Source: Nitrososphaerota archaeon (GTDB taxonomy: Archaea > Thermoproteota > Nitrososphaeria > PSMU01). Taken from it: DNA of 64,000 nt. Position 1 is the stretch's first letter, and each line of letters begins with the position of its first letter. Of the stretch, positions 1-9,051 are shown piece after piece. Below the pieces are notes generated by a model. That model saw only the letters and a program-made list of their open reading frames with translations, made no database searches and was not told the origin of the DNA. The position numbers and the translations under genes were made by a program. Location of the stretch: positions 256,001 through 320,000 of the forward strand of contig PSMU01000002.1 of the NCBI GenBank assembly GCA_040290255.1, given 5' to 3'.

Positions 1-618
1 GACCTCCTCAGGTTCCTTGCGCGGCTGCATGCAGCGCTCTCCTCGGGCGCTCGCTTACGGCTGAGAAGCTTCAGTCCCAAGCCCTATGAGCTGTATGTGG
101 GCACATCCGGCCCGCTGCTGGCCTCCGAGGCATCCAAGATCAGCTACGTAGATGCGGTTGTCGTGGATAACCTATGGAACCCGGCCTATGCGGCTAAGCT
201 TCTGGGGCTGATGCGCGCGGCCGCGAGGGAGGCGGGCAGGGACGAAGCCCCCCAGCTGATTGCGAGGCCCTTCTGCAGCTTGGCCGAAGATGTGGAGAAG
301 GCGAGGGCGCTGGCCCTGCGCGAGCTCAGCGCCTATCTGCCCAGGCTGGTGGGCCCTTCGCCCATGCTGGAGGAGGGGGGCCTGAGGAGGGAGCACCTCA
401 CGGAGGAGGGGGCCCTGCTCGAGGCGCTTGAAAGGAACGCACACAACTTTGCGGCCGTGGGCACGGCCGAGGATATACTGGCCCAGACCGAGAGGATGGT
501 GAGGGCGGGCGTGGGCCATATCTGCTTTGGCCACCCACTCGGGCCCGATCCGGAGGGCAGCCTACTGCAGCTGGCAAAGCGCGTCAAGGCCTACTATGAG
601 GAACAGGGCGCGGGCTAG
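1..618 (+). CDS. LLM-class (luciferase-like, probably F420-dependent Mer-type) oxidoreductase, 5' truncated by window edge
   Basis: Frame open from base 1. C-terminal motifs 'YVGTSGP', 'FAAVGTAEDI...GVGHICFGHPLGPD' are typical of Mer/LLM TIM barrels. Confidence 0.75.
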   Translation, partial: DLLRFLARLHAALSSGARLRLRSFSPKPYELYVGTSGPLLASEASKISYVDAVVVDNLWNPAYAAKLLGLMRAAAREAGRDEAPQLIARPFCSLAEDVEKARALALRELSAYLPRLVGPSPMLEEGGLRREHLTEEGALLEALERNAHNFAAVGTAEDILAQTERMVRAGVGHICFGHPLGPDPEGSLLQLAKRVKAYYEEQGAG

Positions 619-1064
619 GGAGGGGACTGGGCCTTGGGCACCTCTATTAGGGGCTTTAGCTTATCCACGCAGTCAGCGACGAGCTTGAGCTTCTGCTCGT
701 CCGGCAGGCGCCTTGCCTCGACCTGCAGCATCTTGGTGATCTGCCCTCGGCGCCTCGAGATCTGGTAGAGCGTCTTGGCCAGCACCTTGTAGTTCATGAT
801 TACGTCGCGCTTTAGCTCCTCCAGCTTCCTGGTCACCTCGGCGTCGTCCCTGTAGGCCATCGCCTCCCTGATGTCGAGCGAAATCCTTCCGTCCGAGAAC
901 TCGCTGACGGCGAAGAGCAGCGGCCTGGCAGCCGGGGGCCTCATCTGCCTCGTATCGAGCACGAGGCCCCATCTCAGATCCGGCGCTTGCCTGGGCTTAT
1001 ACCTTAGGCCCGTCTTATCTTCGAGCAGCACGCGCATGCGCTCAAGAAGCCCGTAGGCCGACAT
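615..1064 (-). CDS. Hypothetical protein (149 aa)
   Basis: ATG-started ORF with protein-like composition; TATA-like TTTAAATA about 30 nt upstream (1093-1100). No recognisable motif. Confidence 0.65.
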   Translation of the reverse strand: MSAYGLLERMRVLLEDKTGLRYKPRQAPDLRWGLVLDTRQMRPPAARPLLFAVSEFSDGRISLDIREAMAYRDDAEVTRKLEELKRDVIMNYKVLAKTLYQISRRRGQITKMLQVEARRLPDEQKLKLVADCVDKLKPLIEVPKAQSPP

Positions 1065-1155
1065 AGAATACCGCCAAACTGCCCCAGCACACTATTTAAA
1101 CATAAGGCATGCAGGCGCCTAACTGTTTTTAGGAGGACGGGGGGCGAGGTACGCG

Positions 1156-2388
1156 ATGAAGGTAAAGCGGGGCTTTGACCTTAAGGATAGGCTCTTTTGG
1201 CTCGCCTCTGAGGAGGAGATAAAGAGGGCGGAGACGACGGACGTGTACTTCCTCTTCACGAAGAGGCTCCTGCGGGAAAAGGGGGTCTCCACGCGGGTCG
1301 TAATGGAGGTATATGCCCGCAGGTTGCCCTATGAAGGGAACTGGGGGATCGTTTCCGGCATCTATGAGGTCGCGAAGCTGCTGGAGGGGCTGCCCGTGAA
1401 CGTGAAGGCCGTGGAAGAGGGGGAGCTCTTCCCCGTCAACCCCACCTCGGCGGTGTACGCACCCCTGCTTCAGATCGAGGGAAGATACGTCGACTTCGCG
1501 GAATATGAGAACGCGCTGCTGGGCCTGCTCTGCTACAGCACGGGCGTCTCCACGAAGGCCGCGAGGATAAGGATCAAGGCATGGGGGAAGGTGCTTCTGA
1601 GCTTCGGGACGCGACGCACGCATCCCGCCCTGGCCCCCTTGGTTGAGAGGGCCGCATACATTGCCGGCTTCGACGGGGTCTCCAACGTGCTGGGGGCACG
1701 GCTGCTGGGCGTTAGGCCCGTCGGCACCATGCCGCATTCGCTCATCCTGACCATCGGCGACCAGAGGAAGGCATGGATCTGGTTCGATGAGGTGATCGAA
1801 AGGGATGTGCCGCGCGTGGCGCTCGTGGACACCTTCTATGACGAGAAGGCGGAGGCCCTTATGGCGCTCGAGGCCCTGGGGCCCAGGCTTTATGCGCTGA
1901 GGCTGGACACGCCCTCCTCGAGGCGTGGGGACTGGAGGAAGATAATAGAGGAGGTGCGCTGGGAACTCAACCTGAGGGGGGCCGGCAACGTGAAGCTCTT
2001 CGCTTCAGGGGGCCTGGACGAGAAGGAGGTCGAGGAGCTGGCGGACCTAGTGGATGGGTTCGGCGTGGGGACCAGTGTAAGCGCCGCGCCCGTCATCGAC
2101 TTCAGCGCCAAGGTGGTGGAGGTCGAGGAGGGAGGAAAGATGGTGCCCAGGGCCAAGAGGGGCGATATCGCGGGGAGAAAGCAGCTCTACAGGCTCGAGG
2201 ATGGCCTAACGCATGTGGTGGCGCCGGCGCATATAAGCGTCGACGGGGAACCCCTGCTCAGGGACTTATTGGTCGACGGGAAGCTCGCACGGCCGCTGCT
2301 GAGCCCCGGTAAAATCAGGGAGAGGGTGCTACGCTCGTTGACGAAGCTGAGGGAGGGGAAGGAGCCCCGCCTTCTGTGGAGGGCCTAG
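1156..2388 (+). CDS. pncB: Nicotinate phosphoribosyltransferase
   Basis: TDVYF, FGTRR, GTMPHS, LVDTF, RLDTPSSRRG, SGGL, GFGVGT motifs. Confidence 0.92.
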   Translation: MKVKRGFDLKDRLFWLASEEEIKRAETTDVYFLFTKRLLREKGVSTRVVMEVYARRLPYEGNWGIVSGIYEVAKLLEGLPVNVKAVEEGELFPVNPTSAVYAPLLQIEGRYVDFAEYENALLGLLCYSTGVSTKAARIRIKAWGKVLLSFGTRRTHPALAPLVERAAYIAGFDGVSNVLGARLLGVRPVGTMPHSLILTIGDQRKAWIWFDEVIERDVPRVALVDTFYDEKAEALMALEALGPRLYALRLDTPSSRRGDWRKIIEEVRWELNLRGAGNVKLFASGGLDEKEVEELADLVDGFGVGTSVSAAPVIDFSAKVVEVEEGGKMVPRAKRGDIAGRKQLYRLEDGLTHVVAPAHISVDGEPLLRDLLVDGKLARPLLSPGKIRERVLRSLTKLREGKEPRLLWRA

Positions 2389-4537
2389 CGGCCCTTCTCT
2401 CTCGATAGATCTCGAGCAGGGCCACCGTGAAGAGGGCGATGAAGGCGAGCCCGAGCGCGAGGCTGAGGAGCAGCGTGGTATCCACCTGAAGAGCTGAAGT
2501 GGGGGTCTGGTTCCTGACATCGGCATAGCCCATGTATAGGCTGCCGTTGGCCGCCCTCGCCGTCACCGCCACATGATAGACGCCGGCCTGGTCGGCCCTA
2601 AAGCTAAAGGGCAGCGCTACGCCCGCGTATGTCTGCCTCTCATAGGAGGGCGTTATTACGGTGATGTTGGCGACGAAGGAGCCACCGCCCACCGCCCCCA
2701 CCGCGATGCTGCCGTTGTGTGCCGAAGCCGCTATTGTCATGTTATCCACATACACGAGCATGGGTATGTGATAAGTGAAGAGCCTTCCCCGCAGCTCTAG
2801 GAAGCCCTCGTAGAGCTGCGCGCGCTGTGCCCGATCGATTGAGAGCTGAACCGAGAGGCCGGAGGCGGAGGGCCTTGCTGTGGCGTTTATGCCCCCCTCT
2901 AGCCACAGGAAGGAGGCGCCCGAGAGGCTATCGGCCACCGGCTTGACCTGAAGGCTCAGGCTTGCTCTGGTGTGCAGCGGGCTCAGATGCACCACCAGGC
3001 TCGTTGCGTTGGCGAGCAGGCCGCCCAAGAGCAGCTTGGTCTGATTTGGCCTGCCAGCCCCCTGCTCGAGCGGCGAGGCCAAGTCTCCCCAGGGGGCTCT
3101 GACCAAGTCGGTGCCGAGGCTGATCAGGGTCCCCACCTCGGGCCCCGTCATGTTGGGGCGAGCCTCCAGCAGCCTGGCGGCGAGGGCCGACACCTGTGGG
3201 GCCGAGAAGCTGCTGCCGCTGGGCGTCCAGGGATGCCCGGCCGCATCGAGCGTCTGCACGTCCTCGCCCACGGCGACTACGTTGGGCTTTATCGAGAAGA
3301 GACCTCCTCCCCTAGAGCTGAAGATGGAGACGTCCTTGGCGTACCTGAAGATGTTGATCAAGGCATAGAGGGGCCCTTCCCTGAGCGCCGCCAAGAGGGC
3401 GAGCCCAGCTTCGCGATCCAGCGAGAAGACAGGAATCGTGGGCGTGTAGTTAGGGTTGAGCGGATCGGAAAGGTTTCCCAAGAAGAAGCCCTCTTGGTTG
3501 TTAAAGACGATGAGCGCCGCCGCGCCTTTAGATGCGACCAGGCGCTCCTTATAGCTGAAGTAGGCGTAGGGCAGTTGCCCTCCCCTCTCCGCCAGCACGA
3601 TGGCGCCGTTTAAGTCTAAGGACTTTACATCGCTGGGCAGGGCGCGCGAAGCGTAAACTATTGGGCCGGAGACGTTGCGCAGGGGCGCCCGGGCCATGGG
3701 CAGCAGGTTAAGCGTGAAGCCCAGCTCCCGGGATGTCTTGAGCTGTACGGACACGGAGTGCTCAAGGCCCGGCTTGGAGGAGCCCACGGCCAGAACATCC
3801 CCATAGGCCGCAGGATAGCTGACGGTATCCGGCTTCGGGCCCGAATTTCCGGCCGCGGCGACGACCAGCGCGCCCTGGGAGGAGGCCCTCGCCATAAGCT
3901 GTTGGAGGGCTGGGTCGGGCTGATCGGTGCCCAGGCTGAGGTTGATCACCTGGGCGCCTTCGCTCAGGGCCCTGTCCAAGGCCCGGAAGAGGGCCGAGAG
4001 CAGGATCTCGCCCGCCCTGCCCACCCTATAAACGAGGAGGCTGGCGCCTGGCGCCTGCTGCCTGATGATGTATGCGACGGCGGTTCCGTGTCCATCCGCA
4101 TCCAAGGGGTCCGCATCATTGGATACGAAGTCATATCCATCCACGATGGGTTTGCCGGGCCCAATGCCTCCCCCAAAGACGGCCAGCCTGTAGTTCACGC
4201 CGGTGTCAAGCAGGGCCACCTTTACCCCCCTGCCCGTGGGCCCAACGGGCGACGAGCTGTTGAAGGCCTGCTGGAGCGGCGAGTGGACCAGGGGCTCCCA
4301 GTGAACAGGCAGCTCCCTGTCGATGAGCACGCTGCCCTTTACGCCCGCCAGGGCGAAATAGCTCACCTGTCCTATAAAGCCGGGGCCCAGCCCTTGCAGC
4401 TGGTAGGCGCCGGGGGGCGCCTCGCACGGGCCATCACACAGCACGATGACCCTGAGAACCTGTAGGGGCAGCAGGGCCAGGGGAAGGAGGAGGAGCGAGC
4501 AGGCCGCTAGGCCAACCGCGCGAGCCGGCGGCCTCAA
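2315..4537 (-). CDS. Membrane-anchored S8 subtilisin-like serine protease with PA-domain insert
   Basis: Signal peptide; LLDTG, HGTAVA, AAAGNSG, SGSSFSAP motifs; PA insert (GAIVLAERG...GAAALIVFNN); C-terminal TM helix. Confidence 0.88.
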   Translation of the reverse strand: MRPPARAVGLAACSLLLLPLALLPLQVLRVIVLCDGPCEAPPGAYQLQGLGPGFIGQVSYFALAGVKGSVLIDRELPVHWEPLVHSPLQQAFNSSSPVGPTGRGVKVALLDTGVNYRLAVFGGGIGPGKPIVDGYDFVSNDADPLDADGHGTAVAYIIRQQAPGASLLVYRVGRAGEILLSALFRALDRALSEGAQVINLSLGTDQPDPALQQLMARASSQGALVVAAAGNSGPKPDTVSYPAAYGDVLAVGSSKPGLEHSVSVQLKTSRELGFTLNLLPMARAPLRNVSGPIVYASRALPSDVKSLDLNGAIVLAERGGQLPYAYFSYKERLVASKGAAALIVFNNQEGFFLGNLSDPLNPNYTPTIPVFSLDREAGLALLAALREGPLYALINIFRYAKDVSIFSSRGGGLFSIKPNVVAVGEDVQTLDAAGHPWTPSGSSFSAPQVSALAARLLEARPNMTGPEVGTLISLGTDLVRAPWGDLASPLEQGAGRPNQTKLLLGGLLANATSLVVHLSPLHTRASLSLQVKPVADSLSGASFLWLEGGINATARPSASGLSVQLSIDRAQRAQLYEGFLELRGRLFTYHIPMLVYVDNMTIAASAHNGSIAVGAVGGGSFVANITVITPSYERQTYAGVALPFSFRADQAGVYHVAVTARAANGSLYMGYADVRNQTPTSALQVDTTLLLSLALGLAFIALFTVALLEIYRERRAARPSTEGGAPSPPSASSTSVAPSP

Positions 4538-5508
4538 GCCCCCTTACCCGCCCTGCTCGGCCGAAGCAGGCCCCCCAGCCTACGATCTAGCCTCTGCAGG
4601 AAGGGGGTGAGCTCCTGCGACCTTATCCTCGCGCCCGCCGCCTGCGCATGGCCGCCTCCGTCGCCTCCCACTTCCTCCGCTACGGAGGAGACCAGCCTTC
4701 CTAGATGCAGCAGCGGCAGCCTCTTGGAACGGAGCGAGAGCTTGACCTCACTTCGGGTCCTTCTGACGGCCACGGCGATGGGCCTCGACGTCACCTCCAG
4801 CGCGAGGGAGGCGAGCAGGCCCGTGTTCTCGTCGTTAGCTTCTACCACCGAGAAGCTCTCATAATGCGTTACGGCCGTCGCCAGGCCCGTGCGCAGCGCC
4901 TGCAGCCTGGCCGCGAGAGCCAGCGCCTCCTCGGTGACCTCGCGCGAGGAGGTGGCGGGCTTCAGCTGGGAAAGCATTTCCACGAGGCCCAGCAGATGCC
5001 TCCGTCGCTTCTCCCAGGCCAAGATCGCCAACGTGTATAGCGCCACGTCCAGAAAGAGCGTGAACCTCTCAAGCCCCTCCAGCAGCTGCCTCGCTATAGG
5101 GCCGGCCTCCATGTAATCGCTCAGGGCGGCCATCGCCGCCAGCCGCGCGGCCTCCCGCGGAAGCTTGTCCTTGTAGTGATGGAAGAAGAGGGCCGACGTG
5201 CAGTCTCGCGTGCTGTGAACGACCTCTCCGCCCCGAGCGATTAGGGCCCTGCGGGCGGCCGGCGGAAGCGTATGGTGGTCCAAGTAAATAAAGCGGCCAC
5301 GCGGAAGAAGATCCAGATAGCGCTTGAAGCGAGGTCCGTAAAGGCCCAAATCCGTTATTATCAGTTGCTCGCCCGCTAGGCGGGCAAGCTGCGCCTCCAG
5401 CTCCCCGTAGCCCACGAGCTCAACCTGCGCCCTGAAGGCGAGCCGCGCGAGCGCCGCGCTCGCCAGCCCGTCCAGGTCGCCCTTATGGCTTAGGCAGATG
5501 AACGCCAT
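4534..5508 (-). CDS. DHH/DHHA1 family phosphoesterase
   Basis: HKGDLDG, TDLG, LDHH and GGGHAQAAG motifs; likely ATG start at 5508. Confidence 0.88.
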   Translation of the reverse strand: MAFICLSHKGDLDGLASAALARLAFRAQVELVGYGELEAQLARLAGEQLIITDLGLYGPRFKRYLDLLPRGRFIYLDHHTLPPAARRALIARGGEVVHSTRDCTSALFFHHYKDKLPREAARLAAMAALSDYMEAGPIARQLLEGLERFTLFLDVALYTLAILAWEKRRRHLLGLVEMLSQLKPATSSREVTEEALALAARLQALRTGLATAVTHYESFSVVEANDENTGLLASLALEVTSRPIAVAVRRTRSEVKLSLRSKRLPLLHLGRLVSSVAEEVGGDGGGHAQAAGARIRSQELTPFLQRLDRRLGGLLRPSRAGKGA

Positions 5509-6319
5509 TCTGCCGGCTCCGGCCCTGCCCCCCTCCAATAAGGTTTGCTAGCGTGCCCAGGTAATGGCCCTCGAGCGTGTATGCCCCCACGCCCTCGAGG
5601 GGGAGCGCGCCGCCCCTCAGCAGGGGGCTCCTGGGCCTCCAGCCGGGCTCATTGGCCACCTTGCCCGGGACGAGCTCGTTGAACGCCGGCAGCAGGACGA
5701 GCGTGGGGTTGGAGACAGACCTCAACGAGGCCCTCCTCTTGGCCCTCCTCAGGTGCTCCAGCATCCTCTGAAGGACCTTGCCCCTATCCCAGCGGCCTGT
5801 GAGCCAGACGGGCAGGCGCTCGCCGTCCTGACCTATCCTCACGACAGGATGATGATGGCCCATCAGGAAGATCGCGCAGGACAGCAGCCGTGGGGCAGGC
5901 CAGGCGTGCCCGTGCTGGGCGGCTACGCGGCCATCGAAGAGGCTCACCCCGTAGGCGCCATAGACCTTGACCTCCCTGGGCAGAAGGGCCTCCAGCTCGG
6001 CGTCATGGTTGCCCCTGAGCACGACGATCTCCTCGACAAGGGGCAGAAGGGCCTCAAAGAAGGCGGGCGTATCGCTCCACTCCTGCGCCTGAATGCCCGG
6101 CACCTTGTGCTTCACATCGCCCAAGATCAGCAGCTTGCTTGCCCCCGTCGAATCCAAGAGCCTCTGCAGCCTCTTGAGCATGGTGGGCGTCTGGGAGGGG
6201 ACGCGAAATCCCTTGGAGGCCAGCTCCAGCTCATAGCCTATATGCAGGTCCGAGATCACCAACACCCTCTCTTTGCCTCTCTCGAGCAGGAGTGCGCGCT
6301 CGCCCCTGCAGAACTTCAT
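5483..6319 (-). CDS. Calcineurin-like metallophosphoesterase (COG1407/PdeM-like)
   Basis: SDLHIG, LGDVKH, RGNHD, HGH, GHHHP and LPAFN motifs. Confidence 0.88.
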   Translation of the reverse strand: MKFCRGERALLLERGKERVLVISDLHIGYELELASKGFRVPSQTPTMLKRLQRLLDSTGASKLLILGDVKHKVPGIQAQEWSDTPAFFEALLPLVEEIVVLRGNHDAELEALLPREVKVYGAYGVSLFDGRVAAQHGHAWPAPRLLSCAIFLMGHHHPVVRIGQDGERLPVWLTGRWDRGKVLQRMLEHLRRAKRRASLRSVSNPTLVLLPAFNELVPGKVANEPGWRPRSPLLRGGALPLEGVGAYTLEGHYLGTLANLIGGGQGRSRQNGVHLPKP

Positions 6320-7005
6320 CAGGGCAGGGATATAAGGGGGAAAATCTCATTTGCTATAAAGTTAACGTACTCCTCCAGCTCTATCCTGTTGAACACGACC
6401 ACGATCCCGTTCCGCGTGACGCCCACCACATAGCCGAATCTATTAGAGCGCACGACCGTATACCACAGCAGCCCGTGCTTCAGGTATTCGCCGAAGAGCG
6501 ACGTCTCCTTAAGCAGCGAGCCGTAGAGCGCCATTTTGCTTACGTTGGGCACGTCGAGGTCATCAAAGTAGACGACCTTGGTATCCTCGGCGTTCGTGTC
6601 ATGATAGGCCTTGAGGGCCTCGGGGGGTATTCGGGCCTCGACGATGGAGCCCACCTTAACAAAAAGGATCTTGCTCAGCAGGTTGGCGAGCATGTTCGCC
6701 CTAAACTTCTTTTCCAGGATGAGCAGCAGCACCCGGCCCCTATACTCGTGAAACGAAAAGAAGGCCTCCCTAGTCCTGAGGGCAGGCACGAGCGTGCCCC
6801 TCTGGTTCAGGAAGAGGACTGTGTCGCGTGAAAGCTTTCCCGAGAGCCTGTTGCCCGCCATGGAGAGGTCCTTGATCTCGGTGACCAGCGTAAGCTTTAC
6901 GTCGCCCGCCTCAAAGGGCTCCTCCAGCCTAAACCCCTGAAGGCGCGCTGCTATGTCCGTCAGCGAAGCCTGCTCCGGCACGACGAACAGCTTGCCCGTG
7001 AGCAT
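6319..7005 (-). CDS. Conserved-looking hypothetical alpha/beta protein (228 aa)
   Basis: ATG start, stop overlaps the next start; TATA-like TTATCTAA about 28 nt upstream. No clear catalytic motif. Confidence 0.75.
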   Translation of the reverse strand: MLTGKLFVVPEQASLTDIAARLQGFRLEEPFEAGDVKLTLVTEIKDLSMAGNRLSGKLSRDTVLFLNQRGTLVPALRTREAFFSFHEYRGRVLLLILEKKFRANMLANLLSKILFVKVGSIVEARIPPEALKAYHDTNAEDTKVVYFDDLDVPNVSKMALYGSLLKETSLFGEYLKHGLLWYTVVRSNRFGYVVGVTRNGIVVVFNRIELEEYVNFIANEIFPLISLP

Positions 7006-7023
7006 GGGCTGGCTGAAGGGGCA

Positions 7024-7055
7024 CCTTAGATAACCTTTGCCGAGCGCTTTTTAAG
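7024..7055. promoter_or_regulatory. Divergent TATA boxes for the 7005 (-) operon and the SMC (+) operon
   Basis: TTTTTAAG at 7048-7055 lies 33 nt before ATG 7081. The reverse-strand TTATCTAA (7033-7026) lies 28 nt before ATG 7005. Confidence 0.55.
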
Positions 7056-7080
7056 CGGCATGGCCGCGCACCTGAGGCCC

Positions 7081-9051
7081 ATGGGCGAGGCACCAAGGCC
7101 CCATCCTTACCTCAGGGAGGTGATACTGGAGAATTTCATGAGCTATGAATATGCCAGGATTCCGCTGAGGCCGGGCCTCAATATAATCTGCGGGCCCAAC
7201 GGTGCGGGTAAGAGCAGCGTGCTCGTGGGCATCTCCGTAGCGCTGGGCCAGACGAGCACGGAGAGGTCCAAGAAGTTGGCCGAGCTTGTCCGCTGGGGCA
7301 AGGAGGTGGCCAGGGTCAGCCTCGTCTTTGATAACAGGCCGATAGACGGCAGGCGCCCGATACCGCTGGGCAAGGGAGACGTGTTCATGCTCTCGAGGTA
7401 CATCAGGAAAGATGGCTCGTACTGGTTCGAGGTGGACTTTCGGGAGGTGAGCAAGCAGGAAGTCGTAGCAGCGCTAAGGACCATGGGCATCAACCCCGAT
7501 AACCTGATCCTCATCATGCACCAGGGCATGGTCGAGGAATTCTCGCTTCTTACGCCGCCTCAGAGGCTTGCCCTTGTGGAGGAGGCGGTGGGGCTGGGCA
7601 GATATAGGACCTCGCTGCTCGAGGCCAAGGCAAAGCTGCAGCAGACGGTGAGTGAGGAGGAGGAGGTGGCAAAGCTGTTGAGGGAGGCCGACGAGGCCCT
7701 TCGCCACTGGGAGCAGGTGTATGCCAGGTGGAAGGAGAAGCGGGAGCTCGAGCAGAGGGCCCAGGGCCTGCAGGCGGAGCTGCTCTGGGCCAGGGCCGAG
7801 GCCGAGCGCAGGAGGCTGAACCATCTCAGCGAAAGGCTGGAGCTGAGGGTGAAGAGGAGGGCCGAGCTGATGAAGAGGCTGGAGGCCCTGCTCGAGGAGC
7901 TGAAGGCGCTCCAGGGCAAATGGGAGAAGGCAAGGGCCCTAGAGGGGGAGGCGGTGCTAAGGCTGGTCCGCACGGCCGAGGCCTTGGCCGAGGCCAGGGC
8001 CAGGACGAGCCTGACGCCCAGGCTTTTGGGCCCCGCGGGCGAGTTGCTGGCCCTACTGGAGAGGACGATGAGCCAGGAGGCCCTGCCGCTGAAGGCAAGG
8101 GAGCTGGAGGAGGCCCTGAACCGCGTCAGGAAGGAGAGCGACGAGGAGGCGCTAAGGCAGGATGAGCTGGCGCGCGCCCTGGCCGCGGCCGAGGACGAGC
8201 TGGCAAAGACCCGGAGGGAAATTGAGGCGCTGATGGAGAGCCTAATAGGCCAGCGTGTCGAGGAGGGCGTGCTAAGGGCAAGGGTACAAGAGCTCACGAA
8301 ACACATCGAGGCGCTGGAGAGGAGGGGCGGCGAGCTGAAGGGCAGAGTCGAGGCCCTGGAGGCGGAGGCCCGAGCAAAGGGCGAAAGGCCCTCACAGATC
8401 AGGACGCCGCAGGAGGTGTTGGGCGAGCTGAAGGGGATCGAAGGACGCCTGCTCGCCTATAGGGACCTTCCACAGGACGTGGAGCAGCTGTACACCAAGT
8501 ACAAGGAGAGCCATAGCGAGCTGACGCTGAAGCTGCAGCGCATCTCCGAGGCCAAGAAGAAGGCGCTGGAGGAGTATGAGAGGAGGAAAAGGGCCTGGAA
8601 GGAATCGCTTAGGGAGCTGCTGGAGAGGGTGAGCAGGAGGTACTCGGAGCTCTTGGCCCTCGTCGACGGCGTGGGGGAGGTGAGGCTCACCGAGGGCCAG
8701 GAGCTGGAGGAGATGGGCCTGGAGGTGCTCGTGGGCTTCAGGGGCCAGGAGCCCAGGGTGCTCAATTACTTGACTCAGAGCGGCGGTGAAAGGAGCGTGG
8801 CGACCGTGCTCTTTCTTCTCTCGCTTCAGGATATGATAGTCTCGCCCCTCAGGGCCATGGACGAGTTCGACGTCCACATGGACACGGTGAACAGGGAGCT
8901 GCTCTTCAAGGCCATCCTCACAAGGGCCAGGGAGGTGGGGGGGCAGTGGCTCGTTATCACGCCGGGGCAAATCCTGCTCGAAGACCCCAACGTGCACGTC
9001 ATCTTCGTCCAGAGCTCCAGGAGCGGAGCGGTGCCCAGGATAGTGGCTTGA
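7081..9051 (+). CDS. SMC-family ATPase, SMC5/6-like, short and hinge-less
   Basis: LENFMSY, Walker A GPNGAGKS, Q-loop INPDNLILIMHQGMVEEF, long coiled coil, signature QSGGERS, Walker B/D-loop RAMDEFDVHMD, switch WLVITP. Alternative start at 7060. Confidence 0.9.
   Translation: MGEAPRPHPYLREVILENFMSYEYARIPLRPGLNIICGPNGAGKSSVLVGISVALGQTSTERSKKLAELVRWGKEVARVSLVFDNRPIDGRRPIPLGKGDVFMLSRYIRKDGSYWFEVDFREVSKQEVVAALRTMGINPDNLILIMHQGMVEEFSLLTPPQRLALVEEAVGLGRYRTSLLEAKAKLQQTVSEEEEVAKLLREADEALRHWEQVYARWKEKRELEQRAQGLQAELLWARAEAERRRLNHLSERLELRVKRRAELMKRLEALLEELKALQGKWEKARALEGEAVLRLVRTAEALAEARARTSLTPRLLGPAGELLALLERTMSQEALPLKARELEEALNRVRKESDEEALRQDELARALAAAEDELAKTRREIEALMESLIGQRVEEGVLRARVQELTKHIEALERRGGELKGRVEALEAEARAKGERPSQIRTPQEVLGELKGIEGRLLAYRDLPQDVEQLYTKYKESHSELTLKLQRISEAKKKALEEYERRKRAWKESLRELLERVSRRYSELLALVDGVGEVRLTEGQELEEMGLEVLVGFRGQEPRVLNYLTQSGGERSVATVLFLLSLQDMIVSPLRAMDEFDVHMDTVNRELLFKAILTRAREVGGQWLVITPGQILLEDPNVHVIFVQSSRSGAVPRIVA

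Noticed and set aside
2315-2388. 74-bp convergent overlap of pncB and the S8 protease
   Set aside because: The overlap encodes a low-complexity protease tail, and short 3' overlaps are common throughout this compact window.
5483-9051. Rad50/Mre11 (SbcCD) pair
   Set aside because: No CxxC hook and no DEPT/H-loop His in the ATPase. The phosphoesterase looks COG1407-like, is on the opposite strand, and has no HerA/NurA nearby.
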